From assembly GCA_030141605.1 (NCBI GenBank), contig JAQGDQ010001022.1, forward strand, positions 5,695 through 69,694: DNA of 64,000 nucleotides, read 5' to 3'. Below are positions 28,771 to 40,940 of this stretch, in pieces. A model generated the notes under the pieces. The model did no database searches. It was not told where the DNA came from and saw only the letters and a program-made list of their open reading frames with translations. A program made the position numbers and the translations under genes. The stretch's first letter is position 1. Each line of letters opens with the position of its first letter. Source of the stretch: Tubiluchus corallicola (Eukaryota > Animalia > Priapulida).

Positions 28771-29542
28771 GCAACAACGCAACAAAACTAACAGTTATTA
28801 CCTTAGATTTATCTAACTGTTAAACATGAGGAAATTTTGTTTTGCGCATGGTTGTGCCATCTTTTGGTGAGTGCGTAAATCAATCTCCAGCAAGAAGGAT
28901 TATTCATTGCTGCACGGTGGCGTCACCTGTGGTGAATTTCCAAGATCAAAGCCGGCTAAGTTCGGAGATAAAATGGATAATAGATGCAATACCCTGCAAC
29001 ACAAATCATTTAAGTGGGTAGCTATTCATTTTTCTTCAAAAATTGCATCTTATGATGATGTATTTTACTGTTATGTCAACAGCTGAATTATTGAATACTT
29101 TTTGTTTATTTTAATGTATTAATTTTGTACTTGTGTTGATGTTTTATTTAGTTTAGTTTATTTTTTTAGTTTAGTTTATTATTATTATCACATTCGGTAC
29201 ACTATAAAGACATTAAGCACACAGTGACATCAAAATTATTACATCATACTGTATTAAATTGTTATGTTTCATACACTATCATTATCATAAAAGAATAATT
29301 GTACTGCAGTGGGCTAGAGAAGCAAAGGCTTGTATAAGCCCACTGATATGTGAACCCGATAAAAAAAGAATGGATGAGTGAACAAAAAAAGATGTGAAAC
29401 AAACAATGTTGAATGTTGGAAAATCTAGAATGTCTGCTGTTTAAATGATGATTTGCTACTTACGTAGGATGGGCTAAATATTATTGAATTTTTTTGAATA
29501 TTAACTGACCAAGTCTACAAAAATGACGATAGCCTTCTTCTT

Positions 29543-29573
<31 letters not shown>

Positions 29574-30510
29574 TTATTATTATTATTATTATTGTTTACT
29601 TATTGTTTAGCTGTATGCCAAGTTTGAGGTCAAAGTCTACACGTGGTCAAGGATACCCACACGTGGTCAAAGTTGTTCTATTGGACATTAATTTTAGCGC
29701 ACCAAATGAAAATAGTGGAGCAGCCATTCGAATGACTGTAACGTGCAAACTTTTGTGGGCAGGACCTACATAAATGTAGCTGTGGCAGCACAGAAACTTT
29801 CATTATGAAAGATTGTCCTTCGAAACGGGAGTCATGATACGCCTGAACCGGTAAAAGCGTCTTGTACAGAGTGTTCAATTGCATAACGTAAATACAGGGT
29901 GGTACATAACATTTGTGGTAAAAATTTAATTGTTAATTTTATTGTGTATTTTCCCTGTGTTACTGTCAATAAAGACAGGCAGGCAATCAGTCAGTCAGAC
30001 AGACAGACTGACAGACAGACGGACGGACGGACTGACAGACAAACTGACTGACTGATTGATTGATTGACTGTTCCAATCATAAATTCAAGATTGCAAGCTC
30101 TGTGAGACGTATAAGGCTTCCACGCCAAATTCTGAATGCATGATAGATTCACTCCTCTTTGGGCAATATTTTGGTGTAATATGATCTGTGCTTTTACTCG
30201 TCGTTGTTATCCCCCCCCCCCTTGTAAAAGTTTATGGTACCACTCTTGCCCTCAATGATCTTGCACAAAATAGAGATACCTTTCTACCGAAGTACAGAGG
30301 ATTTGAATTGAGTTAATCTTTAATAAGTGAGTCATTAGACTCGATTGAACAACCTTCAACTTGTCCAATAATTTGACGCACATTGCACATAATGTTTATT
30401 AAATAAAAATTTTACACAGAAGTATATTACTCATGGAACTGTTATAGTATTTTACACATAATGAAGTTAGACTAATATTTTTGCGAAGTCAACAGATAAG
30501 CCTACTCATA

Positions 30511-30905
30511 TTAAAGGGAAAGACAAGGGAATTTTAAAGATGTCCTAAAAATCGTTCCACACAAAGTTTGGTTACTTAACATTATGCTTACCTGTTTGAA
30601 AAACCTACGCAATTAGAAAAGAAAATTCTAGTCATTTAAAATGTTTGCGCCACCTGGTAGAGTGTCACTGACTGACCTTTCCAGTATGCACCACTGGCTC
30701 ACCAAAAACGTGTTTTAATCTTATTGACAAAATAATGTAATAAAATAAAGTGTGTGTTACAAATGCTGATTATTTTTTCAAACTTTAGGCAGTGTAATCA
30801 ATACTTGTTTCATTTCACGCGACTTAACGTTAAAACGGCTGCGTCTAATGGTCATCGCGGGAGTTGCTGCCGACGCAAGCCCTGTATGCAGTAAAGGAGT
30901 TGTAA
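30511..30905 (+). mobile_element. Family B-related repeat starting TTAAAGGG
   Basis: 30641-30765 is nearly identical to 27543-27665 and homologous to 10370-10710. Confidence 0.7.
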
Positions 30906-31590
30906 GCAAAGCGTTTTCTTGTGCTTTAACACATATCGTACTAACAAGTTACTGAACCACATATGCATGTATATGTATATATTTCCATGGACCATAAAAT
31001 AAATAATATAATAATAATATTTATTATTTACATTCACTAAATATAAGTGTACTATAAAAATACAAGCGAGCTTATTTGAAAGATCGTCTACATACATACA
31101 ACTGGTAGGTATTTTTAACATTTTTTGCAGTCTACTGAGTATCTAAAAAAACAATAATAAGTTTGCGTTTTTCCGTGTTTATAATGATGCAGGTAAATAA
31201 ATGAATAAATTATCAACAAGTATGAAAAGTTTATACAGTTCTAGCTTTCCAGCATTGAGTCTATAAACTGTAAACCTTTGTAGAGTTGATTACATTTCAT
31301 ACGGTAACCATTAGTTTTCTAACGAAATTTTTGTTCGATGGATGATTTTTTTCGATAAAATTTCTTTAAAACTAAATCAAAATTTGAATTAGTTTTAATT
31401 TGTTTACTCATAGCAAATTACTACAAAAATCACTAATACTCACTGAGAATGTTCATGTAACAAGAGATTATGGAATTCAACAGGAGAACTGTGGATAGTA
31501 AATGTTAATGCATTTTTAGTGCGTGTAACAAGAAGGCACTCCACAGGACCTATAAAGTTTATGTTAGGCCCAAGTATTAATCATATAGAT

Positions 31591-32090
31591 CAGGGGTGTG
31601 CAAATTATCTGACTAGCCGGGCCACATTAAACTTTCCCGCAATTCCTGCGGGCCACAGGCAGTTTGATCAAGGAGCCAAGTACAGAAAGGCCTAATAACG
31701 ATTTTTTGCATCCGACCTGCGTACATCATTACTATTACACTCAGGAACCTATCTTAGAAGTTATTAAAATTTATATTACAAACCATATATTTATACTTTC
31801 ACTACAGATAGTGGTAATTTCATTACAATGTATATTAGTAATGTGTATCACACAGTCTGTATAGTACAGTGTTATTAAGCTACAACCGTCTTGTAAGGGT
31901 TAATGGCATCCGATCTAGTAGAAAAAACTACCCGCACTATCTTTGGGTTCGTGGCACGGACTTCAGCTGGATACACTCAATTAATCGCCCGGGCTGCACT
32001 TTCATTAGGTTGACAAATCTCTTCGCAGGCCCTCACAAATTCACTCGGTGGGCCGCAAGTGGCCCGCGGGCCGCAATTTGCACACCCCTG
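31591..32090. mobile_element. hAT (Charlie-like) MITE, 500 bp
   Basis: Perfect 16-bp TIR CAGGGGTGTGCAAATT / AATTTGCACACCCCTG; perfect 8-bp TSD ATATAGAT; GGCCCGCGGGCCG subterminal motif. Confidence 0.95.
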
Positions 32091-32394
32091 ATATAGATAG
32101 TTCGCCTGCATTGAATCCGAGTCAATGCAGTGACTTCGACATAATTGAGAGCTATCTTCACTTGTATATGATCAGGTAGTCCAAGCATATGCCCAATCCA
32201 TCTTAAACGGCATCTTTTTATTTTTCTTGTCCAAGATTCGTCTTTTGTTTTTTATTTGCAGTGACATCGACATAATTAAAAATGTTCAGCTGTGTTTCAG
32301 CCTCAGACTTTTTTACAGATGCAGAATGAATCATGCCCGCTATGACGACTAAATATTTTAGGACTAAAGGTGCCGCCTTGAAGCAGTTTTTGTC

Positions 32395-32790
32395 ATGCGC
32401 TATAAAATTGTTCATAAAGAGCTATGTCTAGATTTTGACAAATTTTTTACTAATTCAGTTGTCAACAAACTAAAAGTGACCATTCGCTTAAACTCTTTGT
32501 TAGACGTACTAAGAAAAAAGCTTTTGGTGACATTTTCTGGAATAGGGTTGTCCCTGTCTGGAATAGCTTACCAGTACAAATAAACGGATTTCCACTTGTA
32601 ACAGCGCAGACCACAAAACTTTTTAAAACTAGATCAAATGATGTGGACTTAAATAGAATTTTGCTTTTTGATAGGAGCTTATAAATAGGTAATTTAGCCT
32701 CTGAGCGTCTCCCCAACATCACTGATTTCATGATTTTTATGTAAACATTTGTTTTTAACTATTGTTTGTGTGTGATGTGATAATAAATAA
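32395..32790 (+). mobile_element. Degraded CR1-like LINE 3' end
   Basis: YKIVHKELCLDFDKFF then, after frameshifts, NRVVPVWNSLP-type motif; AATAAA near 32783. Confidence 0.6.
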
Positions 32791-33761
32791 TAGTAATAAT
32801 AACAACATATAGTAATAAGCTCTAATTAAATTATTATGCAGCAGATAAAATGTACATTATATAATATATAGCAACGATAATTAACAACATTATTTTTTCA
32901 CAATATATTTACAGCCAATTTCGAAATTTCTACTATTCATAACTTTTATGCAGGTGGCCTAAGCGTGATTTTGGTGTAAACCTTACAAACGTATGAACGT
33001 AATTCTGAATGAGAACATCTGAAAAACATTTGTACTTACTGAGACTCGAACCTACACATTTTGATTTTCGGACAAACTCTTTTGAACTGGAGTACGAGAC
33101 TGTATGCAAAGAAGAGATAAAATAATAAAATGTATTGTGATTTAGTGAATTATGTATTATGTTGTGGCATTTAATCACCTGTGCGTCACGTAATTAATCT
33201 AAATCATTACAGCTAAATTTCTGTATTTATCCATTTCATACCCGTTGTATCCCGTGGGATACGAGAATATTTTCTGTCTTTGAAATTAATAAAATTTTAA
33301 AAATGACAGTTATTTGCTCTGTTAATAGATATTTTGCTTTAAACCAATAACAATAGACTAAAATGGTGATAAAAATCTACGTAGCATGAAAAACTGTGCA
33401 AGGTACAGTACTCTAGAGACGACTTTGTACAGATCAGCATAGCGTGCATACTAAATGTCTTAAATACTTTAAAAAATTATCAGCAGTTGCAAAATGAAGC
33501 ACATATTATGCTTCCATTGAATCCCAATGTATCCCGTTGGGATACAGGCTATATTTAGCACGAGGGCACAGGTAGAAAAAAATAATTATTATGTGTAAAC
33601 AAGATGGACATACTGAACAAAAGTACCAAACCAAAAATTTTTTTCTTATTAAAAAATAATTTGGGACAATATCTACTTGTTCCACGCCAGTAATTTCCTA
33701 GGCCTTCGTCAAATGTACAATTAGGCAGTACAGTGTACATGCTCTTAAAGCAATAATAGGA

Positions 33762-33976
33762 TTATAGCCATATAGACCAGACAGTAGATAATAAACTTAA
33801 AATCAATAATAACACACGTCCTCTATTCGTGGAGGAATCGTTGCAGTTGTGATGATTACAGAAGCATTTTTCCACAGCTACAGTCCCTTTGCCGTCAACA
33901 TTAATGCTTCCTCTGTTGTCACAGTCGCCATCTACCGCCGGAAGAGGTGCACACGTTCTGATGACGTAGTAGTGAC
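33762..33976 (-). CDS. Terminal exon of a Ly6/uPAR (three-finger, quiver/sleepless-like) GPI-anchored protein
   Basis: Acceptor tttgatttcattacag, phase 1; encodes HYYVIRTC...GDC...EKCFCNHHNCN (CxCxxxxCN) then DSS omega-like site and hydrophobic tail VLLLILSLLSTVWSIWL-stop. Confidence 0.8.
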
Positions 33977-35068
33977 CTGTAATGAAATCAAATTTATGTG
34001 CACATGGTGTAACTCCACGATTGTAACTAAAGTAACTCCTGTAACCAAGCACGGATTCTGACCATTTGGGGTCCCTAGGTTAATGAAATCATGGGCACCG
34101 TCAGATGGAGCCACCCTCACCCATCTTGAATATTTTTTACTCCTGATACATTTTAGCGACAGTTACATAAGTTGAAGTAAAATGATTACAAATTTTTTTA
34201 ATGAACTAGAATAACTATATTTTGTTGCCAATAAACGTATTTTTTAAGAAATATCACTATTTTACTATTGCAGACGAAATTACCACAAATTTCATCACAA
34301 TCGTAATGAAAAAAACAGATTTTTTTTACCAAATGTTACCAAAGCTTGCAGCGTGTACTAGCCTATAGCAGATCTATAGTCCTGACTGTAACAAACTCTT
34401 TCTTAGCTGTTTCTAAACTTTCTTATTAAAGTATCTTTTGCGCAACAATTTCTTCTGATGAACAAGTGTTCATCTGCGCCTGCGCGGAGCCATTTGTTTC
34501 ACACACATAGACATAGACATAGACATAGACATAGAACATTTATTTTCTCCAATTAGCAAAAGTTTTTTAAATATTAAGTAATTATAATCATAGAGCAGGG
34601 CAGGGAAGGACCATAGGGTCATCTAGTCTCCTGCCCTTTCTTATAAATAGATTAGTATATTAAAAATTAACGGTGATGCTGCAGATAACAAAAACAAAAA
34701 CAAATAAGAAAAAAATAATGAAAACAGTATAAATGATAAAAATTATCCAAAAAGAACTGAAAACAAAAAATAATAAAGTAAACAAAACAATACAATTATT
34801 TAGTAATTAGGATTATTATATGTAGTACTTTCAAATGGGGTCTTATTAACAGGGGAATTTGACCAAGGTTAGTGAAGACAATTTTTGATGAGATTTCATA
34901 CGATTAAAGCAGACGCCTCATTATTCATTTAATTATAATTTATATTAATTAAGCCGAAATTATCGTACGAAATAGTAACATAATCGAAAATTGAAAGATT
35001 ACTATAGGCTTATTCTGCAACGTACAGGCCGCTCTCTCTCTCTGTGCATCATTCTTTATTTGTCATAC

Positions 35069-35114
35069 CGTAATCAACAACATTGCATAACACGAACAAC
35101 ACTTTAATCTCCAT
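35069..35114 (-). CDS. Candidate signal-peptide first exon of the Ly6-like gene
   Basis: ATG GAG ATT AAA GTG TTG TTC GTG TTA TGC... = MEIKVLFVLCNVVDY, then a phase-1 GTATGA donor; hydrophobic core is weak. Confidence 0.25.
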
Positions 35115-35294
35115 TTGATTTTTTATTTAAACTGATTTACAATTTGACATCATCTTAGGTGTTACCGTTATGCAACACAGCACCTCTCATGATTTGATGT
35201 CATGTTCCCCTACTTGCTGCCACTAGCCAAATTTTCACGTTATTTAAGTCAGGTGGAGTATTTAACTCTTTCTTCAGAACATCTGAAAATCTGA

Positions 35295-36460
35295 TCAGAT
35301 GTCCTCCTTTTGGTTTCCTCCCAGGTATTAGTGCTTGATGTAATGCTGTAGTAAGTGGAGAATCTTGTGGTAATCTGATGACATGTCCAATCCGGATGTC
35401 CTCCTCTTGGGTTCCTCCCAGGTATTAGTGCTTGATGTAATGCTGTAGTAAGTGGAGAATCCTGTGGTAATCTGATGACATGTCCAACCTGGATGTCCTC
35501 CTCCTGGTTTCCTCCCAGATATTAGTGCTTGGTGTAATGCTGTAGTAAGTGGAGAATCTTGTGGTAATCTGATGACATGTCCAATCCGGATGTCCTACTC
35601 TTAGTTTCCTCCCAGGTATTAGTACTTCATGTAATGCTGTAGTAAGTGGAGAATCTTGTGGTAATCTGATGACATGTCCAATCCGGATGTCCTCCTCTTG
35701 GGTTCCTCCCAGATATTAGTGCTTGACGTAATGCTGTAGTAAGTGGAGAATCCTGTGGTAATCTGATGACATGTCCAATCCGGATGTCCTCCTCTTGGTT
35801 TCCTCCCAGGTATTAGTACTTCATGTAATGCTGTAGTAAGTGGAGAATCCTGTGGTAATCTGATGACATGTCCAATCCGGATGTCCTCCTCTTGGTTTCC
35901 TCCCAGGTATTAGTACTTCATGTAATGCTGTAGTAAGTGGAGAATCCTGTGGTAATCTGATGACATGTCCAATCCGGATGTCCTCCTCTTGGTTTCCTCT
36001 CAGGTATTAGTGCTTGATGTAATGCTGTAGTAAGTGGAGAATCCTGTGGTAATCTGATGACATGTCCAATCCGGATGTCCTCCTCTTGGTTTCCTCCAAG
36101 GTATTAGTGCTTGACGTAATGCTGTAGTAAGTGGAGAATCCTGTGGTAATCTGATGACATGTCCAATTCGGATGTCCTACTCTTAGTTTCCTCCCAGGTA
36201 TTAGTGCTTGGTGTAATGCTGTAGTAAGTGGAGAATCTTGTGGTAATCTGATGACATGTCCAATCCGGATGTCCTACTCTTAGTTTCCTCCCAGGTATTA
36301 GTACTTCATGTAATGCTGTAGTAAGTGGAGAATCTTGTGGTAATCTGATGACATGTCCAATCCGGATGTCCTACTCTTAGTTTCCTCCCAGGTATTAGTA
36401 CTTCATGTAATGCTGTAGTAAGTGGAGAATCCTGTGGTAATCTGATGACATGTCCAATCC
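35295..36460. repeat. 97-bp tandem array (~12 copies) derived from RTE LINE ORF2
   Basis: Period 97 (35781 to 35878); minus strand encodes WIGHVIRLPQDSPLTTALHEVLIPGRK and is continuous with the LINE fragment at 36460. Confidence 0.95.
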
Positions 36461-36900
36461 ATCTAAGCTGATGCTTTTGTATAACCTCACTCCATTCCTT
36501 CTTCTTCGTTAAACCACCTAGATCCTGATTTGAAATTTTCTTTGGCAATTTTGAACCCAACATCTTTCTGCACAGTCGTCTTTAGAAAGCATTGATTTCA
36601 TTCTTCTGGGCAACTTTGACTGTCCACAATTCACAATTATACAAGAATACAAGTTCTACAAATGTTGACAGAATATGTAGTTTAGTTTCTGTGGAAAGAT
36701 TCAGATTTTCAAAAATGCAGTCCAGGTTAATATTTTTCTGTTTGCCGTGTCAACTTCAATACCTAGTGAACTACCAAGGCATTTGCAATTCTTCCAAGAC
36801 GTATCGCCACCACGTTGTATAATGTATTGTTCTGTTTTGGCATCATTTATCTTTAAATTGAAGTTTCTCAGGCGACTTGCGCTAAATACAAGTCCAACGG
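36460..36900 (-). mobile_element. RTE-like LINE reverse transcriptase C-terminal fragment
   Basis: NLKINDAKTE...WKNCKCLGS...RKIL..AF, then WSEVIQKHQLRWIGHVIRLP; frameshifted. Confidence 0.85.
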
Positions 36901-36977
36901 TCTTTGATTTATGTTTTACCGTCCAAAATGGCCAATCATCGTCATATTCCAAAATCACTATCACATCATGACAGACT

Positions 36978-37260
36978 TGACTGACTGACTGACTGACTGA
37001 CTGACTGACTGACTGACTGACTGACTGACTGACTGACTGAGTGACTGACTGAGTGACTGACTGAGTGACTGACTGAGTGACTGACTGACTGACTGACTGA
37101 CTGACTGACTGACTGACTGACTGACTGACTGACTGACTGACTGACTGACTGACTGACTGACTGACTGACTGACTGACTGACTGACTGACGACTGAGTGAC
37201 TGAGTGACTGACTGACTGACTGACTGACTGACTGACCGACCGACCGACCGACTGACTGAC
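36978..37260. repeat. (GACT)n microsatellite
   Basis: Directly visible. Confidence 0.95.
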
Positions 37261-37649
37261 ATATTATGTGCGACTCGACTTCATTTCATCGAAGCAAATA
37301 AAAACATTTTCTACTAATCCAACGTCAAAAAATTAATTAATTGGTATGACGAAAATGAATAATAATAAGATGAAATATGAAGAAATCAAACTTACATCTT
37401 TACCGCATCTTACTAACTTGCTAAAGAGAACTCGACTGACAAAATTTTGTTATAAAACGACACGACGTACTGAACAAGAATGACTTCTTTCCTATCCTGT
37501 CTGCAAAATGAGGCCAATGGCCTAATTCTTGTCCCAGCTCACCTATCGATCAACAGCCTAATTTTGCAAAAACAAACACAAGGGGGCACCACGTGCTTAT
37601 ATCCAAAACACCGCCGCAAATTCACCAATGCTAGTTGCTACCCAAGCAT

Positions 37650-37990
37650 ATTCTAATCTCCTCAATATTTTCTACCTCCCTAATAATTAGTTACGTTTAT
37701 TTAGTGTTATATAGAAATTAATCTTTTCTCATCACAAATATTACCGTTACAATCCTCTTCAGTTTTGCTTGGAAGTCGCCATGTCAAATTATTGACTAAT
37801 TCAGTCTGAAGTAATCCTATTTTCTTTACACTAATAATCATTATGTCTTGTTACATTAACATAATAATAATAGTTACATAATTTTTCACTGGCCCTACAC
37901 TCCTCCCACAAAAACCTAAATTTGCCCATTGGTAATATTACTTTGATGAACTTGTTTTAGTTTTACGTGTGAAATAAAATATCGTAGTTC
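37650..37990 (+). repeat. Dispersed repeat G (probable retroelement 3' end)
   Basis: Colinear with 55452-55685 plus 56085-56180; the second copy is interrupted by a Tc1 fragment. Confidence 0.7.
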
Positions 37991-38611
37991 ATAGGTCATA
38001 ATACAGCATGAGCAAGAGACTCGAAAAAAGAGATCCAAATATTGAAAGGAGCCATTGTTTCCTCCGCACCAACTTACTCCAATATCCCTCCGCTTATATA
38101 GTCCTAAAAGTTTGCGAGTTCGTTGTCAACATGTATTCGCTGCTAATGAACTACGCTCTTGTCCAGTTTGTATTTTATTTTACAGATAAAGATTTCTAAA
38201 CAAACTTGGCTAATAAGGCATGTCCGAGGTCGAACTGACCAGCGATAACCTCAGCGGATTGATCTAGAAATGTTATCAACGCAAAAGTTTGGGAGCTGCC
38301 CTAAAACGAAAATAAATAATTTGCCTCGCTGGAAGCATCACTTGTAGGAATTTCGTCGGGCGGAAGTTCGTTTGCTAGACAGGTGAAAAACAGCATCCGC
38401 AATTTCCGTAATTTGAAAGAAATTAAACTTTTCGACATCATGAAATGTACAATCGACTTTGGCCTGAAAACATGCCTGCTTAGAGTGGTTGGAGATTAGT
38501 ATTTTCCCATAAAGGAAAAAATCAAGTTATTCTAAGAATGAAAATTTACAAAGTTACAGTGCAAAAAGTTTCATTAGGCAGTGCAAATTTCCGCGACTTA
38601 TCCTAGCAATA

Positions 38612-38830
38612 TCCGTAGATACGCCCACGTATTTGTAGATCCGCCAACGTATTTGTAGATCCGCCCACGTATTTGTAGATCCGCCCACGCATTTGTAGAT
38701 CCGCCCACTTATTTGTAGATCCGCCCCCGTATTTGTAGATCCGCCCCCGTATTTGTAGATCCACCCAAGTACTTGTAGATCCGCCCCCGTATTTGTAGAT
38801 CCGCCCAAGTATTTGTAGATCCGCCCAACT
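38612..38830. repeat. 20-bp minisatellite, ~11 copies
   Basis: Unit GTATTTGTAGATCCGCCCAC. Confidence 0.95.
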
Positions 38831-39468
38831 ATTGAATTTTTGAAAGACTCTTGCGACTTGTTACTGGAGTGCCTGCCCTTTCCTGCCCTCTCATGGAGCA
38901 GAAATCGAAACACTGAAAAACTTACTGCAGTATATCTTCCCGCTCACAGATCCGCCTCGGTATCCGAATGTTGAATTCGTCTTCTAATTTGTCCAGATCG
39001 TGTCCTCCGACCTGCTGTTGTTTGTTTTTGGACGCTAATGTTTATTTTCCCTAGCCGCGAGGCCACCGGCTTCCAATCTGGTGCATAAACCACGTGGTTG
39101 TTTTCATTTAAAACACGGTTAATTTTGCCTAATTGCAGGATCCGCATGGTACGGCGTGCAAATGGTGTTACAGCTATACAGGCTTTCATTTGTTAAAAAA
39201 GAAATCAGAGAGAACCGATTTATTCATTCATAGCAAGGTTAGCTCAAACATAACCAGGAAAATAGAACCCCGAGGATTCGAGATTGTTCTAGAGCAATAA
39301 GCCTTTTCGTAGTTTCGTTGTGCACACGCGCAGTTGCTGTAGGTCAAAGGTTAAGTGTAGCACAGTAACATTGTCTTAGTTACAACCGTCACGTGACATG
39401 TGGGTAAAGCAAAGCCGTCTGCTGCATCAGTTCAGTAGCTTCACTTTTTCTATGAGGACTTTACTTGA

Positions 39469-39835
39469 TGTTGTAGAGATCGCTGGCATCTATTAGAATT
39501 ACACAGAACATTGTAGAATGTTCCGTTAGAATAATCGTCTTACATTGTAGAATGTTCTAGAAGGTAACGTCTAGAATGTTCTCTGGCATCCTATATAAGG
39601 TGAAGCAGGCCGCTGAGAGATACACACAGATTCACACGGACGTCACTTACACATTCTCTTGTATACTTGTATTTTCAGATACACTTTTCCAGATTTTCAC
39701 GTTTACTGTAAACATTTCGCGTTCCTTCATACTTTTGTGTTGTAGAATTCTCGCTTAATAAACTAGTTTAATTTGACGGCGTGTTTTCTGGTTTTCTCTA
39801 CGAGCCTTCCGAGAGAAACAAAACAAAACACAACA
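39469..39835 (+). mobile_element. Solo LTR (HSE-bearing family), 367 bp
   Basis: TGTTGT...ACAACA; 5-bp TSD CTTGA at 39464-39468 and 39836-39840; TATATAA 39592-39598; AATAAA 39757-39762. Confidence 0.93.
39505..39598 (+). promoter_or_regulatory. Heat-shock element cluster plus TATA box in LTR U3
   Basis: AGAATGTTCTAGAAG (39549-39563) is a perfect nGAAnnTTCnnGAAn; further nGAAn arrays at 39505 and 39570; TATATAA just downstream. Confidence 0.7.
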
Positions 39836-40283
39836 CTTGATTATGAATTAGCCTTTGCGAGATCTTGTTTGAAGAACAAGAAAAATTAATTAGATCAGGT
39901 TCTATAGCTAGTATTTGTCCCTTTTCTTAATTACTGTTACAAAAGCCTGGGCTGCGAGGCATTCTCAAACGTACACAAATGTGCTGTCTGATACATTTAA
40001 CCTCTGACCTTTTCACGATCATCATCAATCACTGGAACTGTAAAATGCTTATGGTTTCTGCTTTAGAAGTTTACCGGACTATTTTTATGAAAAGTGACTT
40101 GAACTTGCCAACACCGAAAGAACCCCAGTCGGGTTGGGAAGAAGAAAAATCGACTATGGACACGCTGAGCTTACTTGTCTTTAGGCTTGCATGATCTAGA
40201 CAATATTGGCCGCATTTCTTATTATACTATTGCTGTTATGTGTTGCAGGTACAAATGTCTTGCTCCATTCCCCCTTCCCAGGT

Positions 40284-40940
40284 AGACTGTAGTAATATGA
40301 GCTAGACTACTTTTCTACTCTTACATTTTATGCCACAACACGTGAGACTGTAGTATTATGAGCTAGACTACTTTTCTACTCTTACATTGTATGCCACAAT
40401 ACGGTAGACTGTAGTATTATGAGCTAGACTACTTTTCTACTCTTACATTGTATGCCACAATACGTTGGACTGTAGTATTATGAGCTAGACTACTTTTCTA
40501 CTCTTACATTGTATGCCACAATACGTTAGACTGTAGTATTACGAGCTAGACTACTTTTCTACTCTTACATTGTATGTCACAATACGTTAGACTGTAGTAT
40601 TATGAGCTAGACTACTTTTCTACCCTTACATTGTATGCCACAATACGTTGGACTGTAGTAATATGAGCTAGACTATTTTTCTACTCTTACATTGTATGCC
40701 ACAATACGTTGGACTGTAGTAATATGAGCTAGACTACTTTTCTACTCTTACATTGTATGCCACAATACGTTGGACTGTAGTAATATGAGCTAGACTACTT
40801 TTCTACTCTTACATTGTATGCCACAATACGTTGAACTGTAGTAATATGAGCTAGACTACTTATATACTCTTACATTGTATGCCACAATACGTCAGACCGT
40901 AGTATTATGAGCTAGACTACTTTTCTACTGTTACATTGTA
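40284..40940. repeat. 61-bp tandem repeat, ~11 copies
   Basis: Period 61 (40284 to 40345); single-copy homolog at ~45560-45620. Confidence 0.95.

Larger units (their letters stand above)
39290..40070 (+). mobile_element. Family F repeat, copy 2, interrupted by the solo LTR
   Basis: The empty site gactttacttaattatgcatt is seen in the copy at 54951-54971. Confidence 0.75.

Noticed and set aside
35295-36460. Hammerhead ribozyme in the 97-bp unit (CTGATGA followed by a short stem)
   Set aside because: No GAAA after the putative stem II; the motif is explained by LINE coding sequence on the other strand.
37389-37430. Possible minus-strand micro-exon for the Ly6-like gene
   Set aside because: The stop-free frame examined ends in phase 0, incompatible with the phase-1 terminal exon, and lacks the expected Cys pattern.
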